From assembly GCA_001661245.1 (NCBI GenBank), contig KV454013.1:1024502-1088501 (forward strand): DNA of 64,000 bases, written 5' to 3'. The notes under the pieces are model-generated. The model saw nothing but the letters and a program-made list of their open reading frames with translations. It had not been told where the DNA came from and did not search any database. A program made the translations under genes and the position numbers. Source of the DNA: Pachysolen tannophilus NRRL Y-2460 (lineage: Eukaryota). This document shows positions 9,735-21,700 of this stretch, in pieces. Every line of letters starts with the position of its first letter. Position 1 is the stretch's first letter.

Positions 9735-12700
9735 ATGGATTATTTTGGGTGAGTGAATTGATTTTTGCAAGTTTTGATTTTATATTTTTTTTTTAGCGAG
9801 GAGAGGAATACTAACATATAGATTGATTATTGGTGAAATTATAGTGTTCCTTATGGCACTATACGTGCTAAAGCATTGGATAAATTGACAACGTTATCGG
9901 TATCTAAATCACAGTTTATCAATAATGAGGATGATTCTTTGAAAAGAATTGCTTCTGTCATTACTGTGGCAAAGCAATCGGAGATATCATCGGTTCCGGT
10001 TGCTTTTAAGGAAGTTCAAATTTTATTAGGGTTAAGTAAATGTTGTTCAACAGTTGAAGATTACGAAAAAGCGGATTTAATATTTCGTAAAATAATACCA
10101 TATTTTTTGGAAATACCGAATCATCAAGAGTTTACAAATGCTTCAATATTGAGGTTAGAACCAAATCCGTGGAATTTGTTGACAAAAAATTTGACTAATG
10201 GAATAATTGAATTAAGTGCCAAATTTCCAAAAATTTCATCTGAAACCATTGATTTATTCTTGAGCTTTTTATCACAATTTGATCCTTCCAATAGAAGTGA
10301 ATATAAATTTTTCAATTTTTTCTCCTTATGTGGTTTCTTGGAGGCCATTACTGAGAATCCAAAAATTTTCAAACAAAGTACTGGTAGTAAAATTTTAGAA
10401 TCTGTGATTTCACTTTTTAGTGACGATTTTTTGAATATTATAGAACAAACTTCAGAACATGAATCTGCTGTATTATCTGTACAATTTACAGATTTAGTCC
10501 AAAGAATAATTATCAGTTATTATGGTGTATTAGTGAACTGTGATAAAGAAAACTTGAGTGAATTTTTGTTGGAGCAAACTGCAAGGAAAATTGATAGAAT
10601 ACGGGATGAAAACAATGATATTATCGAGGATGGATCGATATTAACTGAAAATATCGAACTTAGTGACAAACAGATTGGATTAATAACAAAATTAACAAAC
10701 TTTAGTTTATCTCAAATTGAATCTATAGAAGAAGGTGCACAGTACATATCTTTATCAACAGACTCTCGTCTCTATATGGTTTATTGTACAAAAGCTCATG
10801 CTTTACAGTCACTCAGTTTTAGTTTCCACATGAATATATTACCATTCAATGATGAAAGATTATCAAATATATTGTTCAACAGTTTTTCTCACCCACATGG
10901 GTTGAAAAATCATCTTTTATGTTCTACATTAGTTTCAGTTGCATCATTATTATGCTTTAAAGATCCTGTAAATGCTGGAGAAATGTTATCAAGATTTTAT
11001 CCCTTATTAATCGTCTCTCCAGATTTACAGGAAAATATTGCTAAAGATACCGCCAAATCATTGGCATTAGGTTCAAAAGCCTTACCTCAAGAAAACGTTA
11101 TAAGTACAGTGTATTCACTTATTAATTTAATCACCGTAAATCAAGATGGTACACCAACAAAGCCAATTTTAAAATCATCAGGTACTCATGTTTCAGTTTA
11201 TACTCCACCTCAAACACATAGCTCAAATCATCCTTCTAACGGCAATGCATTCACTAATGGACTTAGATCTTATACAATCAACTCCGCCATTTCAATTAAT
11301 GATTATATTCCACCACAGACCGAGTCTGATTTAATTGCCGTTTGTATTCATATTTTTAAAAATGTTGTAAATGCTTGTTCTCAACTTGTGCGTTATTATG
11401 ATAATGACAATATTACAGCTTTGGTCATCACTTTGCTATCTCAAAAAATGAACCAATCTCTTTTAGTTCCTTTGTTAGTTGACGGTTTAGCAAAGTGTGC
11501 TCCATATTCTCAAGAAAGACAATTTAAAATTTTGATGAGACTTTATCGTGATTTGGCCAATCAATCATTCCCAAAGAAAAAACCAGAAATATTGACTGCT
11601 GTTACTAATGCTAGAATATTGATTTCAAAATTGCTTGGTGATGATCATCCGTTGTACCAAGTTTATCTTCATGAGTTATTAACAGGTATCATAAGCAAAG
11701 GTGATGTGCAAAAGGATGAACATCATAGGTCTCATTCAGAAATTTCTCGTGTCGCCACTGAAATTTCTCAATTCTTGAAACCATTAGCACATTTATTACC
11801 AGATGTTTCTGATCCTTCGAAGGACTTCTCAAGTGACCTTCCAACAGTTGAATATTTTAAGAATGTTTGGTATAATATGGTTGTTCATGGATACTCATTG
11901 AACTCTGAATTGAAAGCTCAGTATTCTGATGAACTAGAAAGAATTGCCCACAGTTCTCCTCCATTAGCTTCAGAATCATCCTGGAATAGAACAGAAACTT
12001 CTTTAGAACTTAATTCAGTGCTACGTCGTGGCTCTTCAAGCCATAATATTAGGCATCAAAAAGAATTTGTAGATGATATTTGTGATACAAACCTTATTCA
12101 AATTCATGCCATTTCAACAGCAAAGGTTATGTTTTTAGCCGCAGCAGTTTTCTTGGAGAGCTTAAGGGTTAAAAGCGGTAATTGTTCAACGGCTTTAATT
12201 TATTTCTCCGATCCTAGTATTAAAATATCACAAGTTGAAGAATATATTGGCTCCTTAGCTGTTAAAATCACTTCAAAATTTGTAGATTTAATAGCTTACG
12301 GAGGAAATAATGCTTATTCTATTGAAAACATTGCTATTGAATTAAAAAAAATGTTAGTTTTATGTTGTCACAGAGAGAAAGATTTACAAGCTTCTGCTTT
12401 CCAATGTTGTGAGATTCTAATCAGTCGTATCCCATCATCACTTTGCCATCATAAAAGTTTGTTTACTATGCTAGATATATTAACATTATTATTTCAAAGT
12501 ATTGTTGATGCAGATGCAGATGAATACGAGCCACGCTTTACATTTAGATTGAAGAACTCAGATACAACAATTACTGTATCAGATTCTTTAAAATGGAGGA
12601 AGAAAACTTTTCAAAAATTTTATGAAAAAGCTAGAAAATGGGTTAGATTAAGTTTGTTGAGATGTAACCAAGATATGAAGTCCCTTTTGCAATCTTATAT

Positions 12701-15503
12701 TTCAACTGTCGATAAATTCAAGAGAGTAAGCCAAGTTGAGTTGGGTATCTCCTTTGCACTTGAAATGGCTGGAACAATTTTACCAAGTGATAAGGAGTTA
12801 TCGAACATTCCGCAGCTGAGTAACGTAAACACTGTTTCTGGATTTTTATCACAATTTAGTTGGACTAGTAGCTTTAAAAATGATATTATTGAAAAGCTTA
12901 CTTCGCATAGCGTACCAGACGCTGAAAGGCTTTCAAGAGGTATACGTTCACAACTATTGTTAATCAAGGATAAGTTAGCCAATCATGAAAAAGTGTCAGA
13001 AGCTGCATTCATTAGTTCTTTGGAGGATTCAACTGAATTAGTTATTTTATCGTCTAAAAATAATGCTGAGCTAGTCCGTCTCCTAGTTCATATTCCTTTT
13101 GCAATCTTTACTTCCGACTCAATGAAAGTGGGTGTTGGTCTTTGGTTAACTCTTATCAAGGAAAAACCAGGTCTATCTTCGTTTTTGTTATCTCACATTG
13201 CTGCAGAGTGGGAAGTTTCAATAAGACAGCGCAAAGGTTTATTTTCGAATAAGTTTGATCTTGCTAAGCCTGAATTTTGCTATATGAAATATTTGCCAAG
13301 TGATAAGAATGCTATTAATCATTCGTCCCATATTGCCATAGAATACTTAGAGCCCCATCTGCAATTAATCCATATGTTACAATCACATTTTCAAGCCACT
13401 ATGTATCAGAGTGACCATTTGCTAAAAATTTTCACTAGAATTGTTTTAGTCGGATTGAGGAATTTTCTGACAGCAAGTTTACATCCTTTTTCAAGATTAG
13501 TGAGATTTGAGTTGATTAAGTTATCCATTGACATATTGAACGTTCACATCAAATTAGGTTCTAGGTATAATTATGTACTTATGAAAAATATTTTATTAGC
13601 AAGTTTGAGTTGGTTCAAGAGAAGAGGTTCATTTCCATACGGTGGTAATCAAATCAGGACAAAAACAGATTACGATTTACTTCAAGAAATTCTGAGTTCT
13701 GTATCTAATATGAGGCCGCCTAATTCATTGGTAGATTCCAAGTTGTTATTGTTAACTTTTCTTCATGATGAGTTAAATAATATCGCATGCTGGTTGAATC
13801 CTCTTGATCCTCTGGAAGCTGAAGGTATACACTCAAAGTTTGGTTTTGATGAAAAATTATTGACTGCTGCTTACAAATTAGATCCATTATTGGCTATTAA
13901 TTTTACGTTGCGCTTTAAAACGAAATCATTGAATGAAGGACTAAGACGTTTACTTTTGGAAGATCCAATCAGCTCCATAAATTACCCAGATGCTATCCAA
14001 TATTTGGTAAGTCCTGAGACTAAAAGTATTAACATGTATCAACTTCTCTTTTGGAAGCCCTCATCTGTTATTGATTGTATCAATTTATTATTACTATTTT
14101 CATCCAACCCTTATATCATCCAATATAGCTTTAGATCGTTGGAAATTCACGACGTTAACTTGACATTTTTCTATGTTCCTCAAATAGTTCAGGCTTTAAG
14201 ATATGATTCAAATGGTTATGTTGAAAGGTTTATTTTAGAGACTGCAAAAGTGTCACAGCTTTTTGCTCACCAAATCATTTGGAATATGAAAGCCAACAGT
14301 TATAAAGATGATGAGGCAACTATTCCTGATACGTTAAAGCCAGCATTAGATCGTATTCTCAAAAGTATGTTAAGCTCTTTTGACAAAGAAGATCTACAGT
14401 TTTTCAAAAGAGAATTTTCATTTTTTGAAGATATAACTGGTATTTCAGGAAAGTTGAAGCCATATATTAAAAAAACTAAAGCAGAGAAGAAGGCTAAAAT
14501 TGATGAAGAAATGGCTAAAATTGTTATCCAGCCAGACGTCTATTTACCTAGTAATCCTGATGGTGTTATAGTAAATATCAATCGTCAATCAGGAAAACCG
14601 TTACAATCTCACGCCAAAGCTCCATTTATGGCAAGCTTTAAGATACGTAAAGAAGTTCATCGAATTGAGGAAGATGATGATCTCGAACAGCCTCTGAAAT
14701 GCGAACCAGAATATGAAGAGACATGGCTTGGAGCAATTTTTAAAGTTGGTGATGATTGTAGACAGGACGTTTTGGCTTTACAGTTGATATCTGTATTTCG
14801 AACTATTTGGGAGAACTCTGGCTTAGATTTGTTTGTATTCCCATATCGTGTTACAGCAACAGCCCCAGGATGTGGTGTCATTGATGTTTTGCCTAATTCG
14901 ATTTCTCGTGACATGTTAGGACGGGAAGCCGTCAACGGATTATATCAATATTTTATAACACGATTTGGTCCAGAAACTTCTATTGAATTTCAAGAAGCTA
15001 GGAATAACTTTGTCAAATCCTTAGCAGCCTATTCTGTGATTTCATATCTATTGCAATTTAAAGATCGTCACAATGGTAATATCATGTATGACGATAAAGG
15101 TCACATTTTACATATTGATTTTGGTTTTTGCTTTGATATTGTTCCTGGAGGGGTCAAATTTGAGCAGTCACCATTTAAATTAACAAGAGAAATGATTGAT
15201 GTGCTTGGTGGAGGAAGAGACACCCAGGCCTTTCGTTGGTTTGAAGAATTATGTGTCAAAGGGTTTTTAGCTGCTAGACCTTATATGGAGATTATTGTTA
15301 GATGTACAATTCCAATGTTGGATAGTGGATTACCATGCTTTAAACCTTCAACTATTAAAAATTTAAGAAGTAGATTTATTCCTAACAAATCCGAGAAAGA
15401 GGCAGCTCGTCATATGAAACGTTTGATCAACAAATCTTATGAGAGTCTTGCTACCAAAGGTTATGATGAATTTCAACGTCTTACCAATGGTATTCCCTAC
15501 TGA
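9735..15503 (+). CDS. STT4: Phosphatidylinositol 4-kinase type III-alpha Stt4; exons 9735-9748 and 9845-15503
   Basis: The spliced N-terminus reads MDYFGVPYGTIRAKALDKL. The C-terminal PI4K domain has FFYVPQIVQALRYD, LQSHAKAPF, FKVGDDCRQDVLALQ, KDRHNGNI, HIDFGF and FQRLTNGIPY. Confidence 0.96.
9749..9844 (+). other. Spliceosomal intron of STT4 (96 nt)
   Basis: 5' GTGAGT at 9749, branch point TACTAAC at 9809-9815, 3' TAG ending at 9844. Splicing joins ATG 9735 in frame to the long ORF. Confidence 0.9.
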
Positions 15504-15912
15504 ATTGATCCGTAAAGTATTTTAATTAAAAATTTTTTTAGCTTTTTTCTATTTTTGCTCTTTACATTTAATAAAACTTAGTAATTCCTATCTGAACATA
15601 TATTAAAGAATTTAAAACATTATTTCACAAGATTTCTTGAATTAACTATAAATCCATCTAAGAAGATGTACAAGAGTCAAATAAAATAGAAAAAAGACAC
15701 TTCAAAAATAAATAAACTAAAAAAAAAAAGATTAAATCAAAAATATTAGACAAAAAATTAGTTGAGCTTCCATGAACCTTGAAATACCCATTTCCCTCCC
15801 AAAAAAAAGTTAAACCAATTTACCAGATTAAATATTAAAACAAGAAAAAAATCAAATGTCAAATTATAGCCTTGAGCTTTAAATTACAATTCTTCAAGTG
15901 CACTTGAAGTCA

Positions 15913-18003
15913 TTAGATGAATGAAGGGTTATAACTAAAGTTATAGTCAAAGTTTTGACTGGTTAGGTAACCTTCACTCACCTCATTGATTTGATTCTCT
16001 ATTCCTTGCATCACAAAATTTTCATTTTCGTAATTATTTATCTGTTCAGTTGTTTCCTCTGGATAGAAATCTTCATAAGTGTTCAAGTCATCTAGTATCT
16101 TATCCTTCACAGAAGATGGCATGTCTCCTTTTAAAGGCCTTCCTCTTTTCTTCAAAGGTTTTGAGATCATAGTTCTTTGCTTTTCTGGGGATTTGTCGTC
16201 TTCAATGCCTCCAACACAAATTTGCCTGATTCTATGTCTCTTCAATGCATCTTGTCTCGGGAATTTTTTACCACAGAGACAAGAAAATGAAAACTCCTGA
16301 TGACTTTTTTCGTGACGACGTAAATCGTGTTGTCTTACAAATCTCTTGTTGCAGTAGTTACATGGGAAGGGCCTATCACTTAGATGCGTTTGTATATGGG
16401 CTCTGGTGTTTGAAATTCTGGAGAAAGTCTTTCCACAGTTATGATAAACGCAAGTGAATCTTTTACTTTCATCTGGACCAACAAAATATTGATCTAAATG
16501 ACCTTTTGGTAAGGTGGAAGTAATCTTAGTTTCTTTCCTTATTGGAGAGCTGATCTTCTTCTTTTGATCTTTAATAATTTGTGCGCTCTGAGGATCACCT
16601 TTCGTAACAAAAACTGGTGTCCAGACCACTTTCTCTTGGTCACTGATAACTTGTTTTTTAGGTGTGTTTTCAACATCTTGGATATACCTATAATCTTTGG
16701 CAATTGTCAGTTGATCCTTAGCTATTATCTTGAACTTTGTTGGTGTTGCAGATAAGTCTGCTTCTAACTTTGGAGCAGCAGGAAGTTTCAACTTTGTTTG
16801 AGGTGTTTGAAGAGTTGGAACATGTGGTGGTTGATGTTGTGGTGAAATGAACTGTTGGTCATCATGCTCGGGAGAAAATATCTGATTGTTCAAAATTGGT
16901 GAACAATTTCCTGACGATGTTTGATCTTCTGGTGAAGAATAATTTAATTCCGTATTTGATAATAGCAAATTTGTCTTACTACTTTGATTATCATTTAATA
17001 AATAAAATTTTGGAGCTTGTGCAAGCACCATTTTACCATTTTCGACTCTATGAATTCCAAGACCAATCGCCTGGCTCTCCATCACATCGTTCATGTCACC
17101 AAAGTGATTTAGCAGATCATTTGACGAACTTTCAACTTCGTCAACATATTTCCTCGAACCTGGCTCACCATATTGTTCTTGTTTTTGTTGAAGATTATTG
17201 GCAAATTTTCCTTGCTGCTCCAAATATTGCTGATATCTAAGAGAATTAGATGCGGAATGCTTATTCTCATGATATCTGTTTGGCGTCGAAGGTACTTTCT
17301 TTGAAATTTGTGAATCTGAAGGAGTTAAAGGGAACTTGTATGCATTTGGACTCTTGGCAGTAATGAAAAAATCTTTCTCTGCATCTATTGATGATAATGA
17401 TTGAGTTTTCTCCGAAGAGTTGGTTTTCAAATGTTGTTGTTGTTGTTCTTGCTGCTCTTGCTGTTGCTGCTGCTGAGATTGTTGTTGCTTTTGAAAATTT
17501 CCAAGTTTTTGCATTTGCAGCAGCAGCAACTTGACATTTTGTGAAACTGTATTTCCAGTATAACAAGAATATTGTTCATTTAAAGCGTTACTATAATTGG
17601 TCTGTTCAATGTTCCCTTTCTTGAGATTTGAAGCTGAAATGCTGACCCCAGGAATGGACAATTCATGAGTGTGATTAATAAAACCAAATATTGCACTACC
17701 ACTTTCTTTTCTGGAATGTGTTTTACTACTGACATAACCGTTATAAGATGCTCCATCGGTAGAGTATTGTTGATGGTTACCTGCAGGGATACCTCCCAAT
17801 TGAACTGCACTCAATTCAGTTGCAAACAAGTCTTCCAAGTCATTTGAATTTAAGTATGGAGTAAAATCTTCGTCGGGAAGAGGAATTGCTTTAAATTCTT
17901 GATTTGATGAAGAATTCGCCAAGGATTCTGGATCATAAAATGGATCGTTTTGGAAATGTGATGGTGTAGTGAACCAGTTCCCTTCGTTGAAATTGGAATT
18001 CAT
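15913..18003 (-). CDS. ACE2: Ace2/Swi5-family C2H2 zinc-finger transcription factor
   Basis: HSRKESGSAIFGF matches the Ace2 Cbk1-site/NES region, and YKFP is a docking-like motif. Three fingers run ...HIQTHLSDRPFPC...FVRQHDLRRH...CGKKFPRQDALKRHRIRQICVGG, followed by a KKRGRP NLS. Confidence 0.9.
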   Translation of the reverse strand: MNSNFNEGNWFTTPSHFQNDPFYDPESLANSSSNQEFKAIPLPDEDFTPYLNSNDLEDLFATELSAVQLGGIPAGNHQQYSTDGASYNGYVSSKTHSRKESGSAIFGFINHTHELSIPGVSISASNLKKGNIEQTNYSNALNEQYSCYTGNTVSQNVKLLLLQMQKLGNFQKQQQSQQQQQQEQQEQQQQHLKTNSSEKTQSLSSIDAEKDFFITAKSPNAYKFPLTPSDSQISKKVPSTPNRYHENKHSASNSLRYQQYLEQQGKFANNLQQKQEQYGEPGSRKYVDEVESSSNDLLNHFGDMNDVMESQAIGLGIHRVENGKMVLAQAPKFYLLNDNQSSKTNLLLSNTELNYSSPEDQTSSGNCSPILNNQIFSPEHDDQQFISPQHQPPHVPTLQTPQTKLKLPAAPKLEADLSATPTKFKIIAKDQLTIAKDYRYIQDVENTPKKQVISDQEKVVWTPVFVTKGDPQSAQIIKDQKKKISSPIRKETKITSTLPKGHLDQYFVGPDESKRFTCVYHNCGKTFSRISNTRAHIQTHLSDRPFPCNYCNKRFVRQHDLRRHEKSHQEFSFSCLCGKKFPRQDALKRHRIRQICVGGIEDDKSPEKQRTMISKPLKKRGRPLKGDMPSSVKDKILDDLNTYEDFYPEETTEQINNYENENFVMQGIENQINEVSEGYLTSQNFDYNFSYNPSFI

Positions 18004-18533
18004 TTCTATATTTATCGCAAATAAAATTTGAGCTTTATTACCGTCTTATCTTTGGGGGGCTTTGAATCTTTTTACTTCTTTCTATGATCTTTTAATAATC
18101 TTGGGTGCCGTTGCAAGAAACTAACAATTTGAGAGATGGATAGGGACTTTATTTTCAAACAAAGAACCTCTTTAATTTCCACTCTAACAAATTATTTGAA
18201 AAGAAACCAAAAAAACTGAAAACCTTTTTCTTTAAAAAAAATTTTTCACTAAGATACCAGTTCTTCTTTAAACCTTTTTTACACTTGATCCTTAGACCAG
18301 TTCTAATTCACCAAAGCAATGGAAACACAACAATCGAGCACTATTTGCTTTGAAGAAAAGTTCAAAAATAAAAAAAAGAACTGGGATTCAAAATTAATAT
18401 AATCAAAAGCAAAAAAGGAATAAGATTTAGGATAAAGAAATCTTCCTCAACACCTACACATGTCTTCCATATCCATGAAAAGTAGGTAGAAAATCGTTTC
18501 ATTCAACTTTATGCACCTAAGAATCCAATATCA

Positions 18534-18595
18534 TTACCTCTTTAGGAAATATGTAAACAAGACTTATATAAAAGTTATATATCCTCTTTAGGAAA
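18534..18595. promoter_or_regulatory. Mcm1-forkhead (CLB2-cluster) element upstream of ACE2, with a second Mcm1 site
   Basis: TTACCTCTTTAGGAAA at 18534-18549 is followed by GTAAACAA at 18553-18560. CCTCTTTAGGAAA is repeated at 18583-18595. Confidence 0.7.
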
Positions 18596-18680
18596 CATTA
18601 GGTATATGTACACTACGATATAAACTCACTTCTTGCAGCCATTGTAATGCTCAATCTAGTAAGCGAAGGCAAGCGGTCAA

Positions 18681-18720
18681 GTCTAGTCTAGTCTAGTCTA
18701 AGTCTAAGGCTAGTCTAGTC
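18681..18720. repeat. Degenerate (GTCTA)n pentanucleotide repeat
   Basis: gtctagtctagtctagtctaagtctaaggctagtctagtc. The same unit occurs at ~779-810. Confidence 0.75.
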
Positions 18721-18786
18721 TTTTGATGTATTTCTTTAATAGCTTTTATTACCGAATTTTACATCTATCTATTTACACCGAACAAT

Positions 18787-21700
18787 TCATTTTTGTTCAT
18801 TTCTGACTTTACAGAAAGCGTCTTCCAACTCAACAGCTTCATATTCACCTTCTAAACTTTTCCAAGTTCTGTATTCATAACTCATAATGTCTTCTACAAC
18901 TTCCGTCCAAACAATTACATTACCTCTTTTACTAGTTGCTTTTCCTCTCCTGTGAGTTCTCCCATCATCGACTAAGGTTCTTGTATAAGTTAATTTGAAA
19001 GGAGGTTGTCCTTTGAAAGTAAACACTAATTCTGACTTCTCACCTTCATGAATATCTTCTTCCACAGTGAAACCTTGGGATATTTCAACGGAGGGTAAAT
19101 CGTATATTTGAATAGTATCATTTGTGGAACTTTCTTCTGACAAGTCAACAACACAATTCTTTGAGAAAGAATCACTTAATGTTGATAAAGATAGGCTCCC
19201 TGGCTTTGAAACTAATCTTTTGAATGTTTTGGAAGAGAAATTCTCCACCAAATGAGGATTGCCGTTGAACTGATAACCAATATTGAAAGGCTGAGATCCT
19301 TGTAATTCATACTTAACATGGTCACCAACACAATAATAGTCACTGTAATGAATCTTCTTGTCCGAGTTTATTTTGGAAAATTTTTTTCGATCAATTTTAT
19401 TGCTCTGTTCAAAATTATCTGTGACTCTTTTAATCTTTGGAAAATCATTGATGGTTAATACAGCTTGGTTACTATGTTCTTTTAAATTCTTATTAATACA
19501 TCCATTCCCACTCTCAATTTCCACCAAGGATACAATGTAGCTACCAACTTTTAAGTTAAACTTATTGTAGAATCCTCGAGATTGAATAAAATCTTTATCC
19601 ACATTTTTGATGTAAAATGTTTTGTTGAAGTTAGGTTTATCTCTGCTAACTAAGTTTAACTTCAAATTAAATGGAGGTTCTCCAAATAATTTAATTGGAA
19701 GAGGATCAACCGAAGCTCTATCGTATACATTAGAGTAACAAGTTTGAATGAAATAATTATCAAGCTTCTTATAGCTTGGAAGAGATTCGTTAGTAAACAA
19801 AGCGCTAGGTAAATCCCAAACTTCATTTCTTAAAACAATTTCTTCAAACTTATAGGAGCCTGCTGACTTCAATTTTGATAGTGTTTCACTATCATATAAT
19901 GAATCGTAAATTGAAGTTATAGTGTATTCATAAATACCACTCGCACTAGTTACTAACGGAATATAGAATTCATATTCATTAACCACTTCAGACTTGTGTT
20001 CAATCCCGTTGTTTGGATGTATAATGGAATATTCTAAGATAAACGGTGGTTTTCCAATTAGTTTTAAATTGAAACTATCATGAGAGTTAAGACATAATGA
20101 TTGGATATTATTCTCAATAATGTTGGAAGTCCGTACTAGTTCAACATGTGGCTTTTGCAAGTAATCAACTTCATTAATAGCTGCGCCAGCAATTTCTCCA
20201 GGACAGCCAGAATCGTAAAAATCCAATAATTTATAAACTCCTTTTCTATCGACTCTGAATCCCTTTGCAGGGCTAAAATTTTCTAATTTTTCTATACCAC
20301 TTTCAATGACATTATTATTATGATCCAATTGACTATACTCATAAGTTAAATCTAATAATTTATGATGAAGGTTATCATACTTTAGTGGAATGAATTTAGC
20401 ACGACCTTCTACAATGTCTATTGTTTCATTTTTGGAGAAGGATAAAGTTGGAATAGAACGTCTGACATTAATTTTAACCAGTTGATTTTCAAAATCAACG
20501 TCACAAAGTGAGCTGTCTTTAACATCTTTAATTTCTAAAACATAATTTCCTCCCTTTGTGAAATTAGGAGTTTCTATTATGAATTCATTTTCTGATATGG
20601 CATCAATTTCATAGTTTTTGATTATTCTTGAATTTTCAACAATATTATATTTTAAGTTGTATGGTGGTTTACCATCGAAATAGATTGGAATTAAAGCAGA
20701 AGCACCATTGCATAGTTCGTAATTGTATTTTTTGAAAAAACATTTTGGTCTTTGCTTGAAGTAAGTAACGTAATGGTATTTAAGCAGATCTAAACCAAGA
20801 GAATAATATTTATCTCTCAACCTGAAAAAGTCAATGGAATAATTACCTTCAGAAGGTGGATGATAAGAATGTTCAAAAGTATCAGAATCTGAAGTTACCG
20901 TCTTTATTGAAGAAGCTGCGATAAGGTTACCAGCATTATCTAATTTCAAAACTTTGTAATCAATTCGATATGGAGGTGTTCCCTTTTCTACTAAATTAAA
21001 CTTAAAAGTATAACCAACAGCTCCAACACATTTATCAATAATTGGTTCTGATTTAATTTGTAAAGTAGGTTTCTTGGCTGATGGAATATAGATTTTATTT
21101 CCTTTTGGAGCTGGACAAAATCTTGAATTGAAACTTGATAATTCATAATATCCCAGTTTATCGACTAGTATCGATAATTCTTTGTTTTTGTCATCATACT
21201 CAAAGGTTTGTTCAATTTTTTCATTAAATTCGTTTTGTTCATTATAATAGTTAATTTCGGCAGTATAAGGAGAATCACATTTGTGACATGAAATACCACC
21301 CAACCTTATTAATATTTTTTTAGTACCGTTATATAATAAAGGTTTTGCTGGATTCAAATCAATCAATTCTGCAAATGGTAATTGATGAGTTTCAAACTTA
21401 TAAATTAATTTATTTTCAATTGTAGGATTATCGAAAACTATTCTATTTCCAAAACCATCTTGTACTGTACTGATAGTATAAACATAAGATCCTGTTTTGG
21501 TCAAAGTTTTTTCTTGATCATTGTCAAACAATGATACACTAAGCAATCTTGGATTTGCCCAAGATGACAAATTTTCGACATCATAGGAACTAAATTTTGA
21601 ATTTCCAATACGTGAAATTGAAAGCAATGGAGATTTTAAATCTTGAGGAATAACTACTTTGTTAGGGGTATTTGTTAAAACGCCATTGATTTCTTCATTA

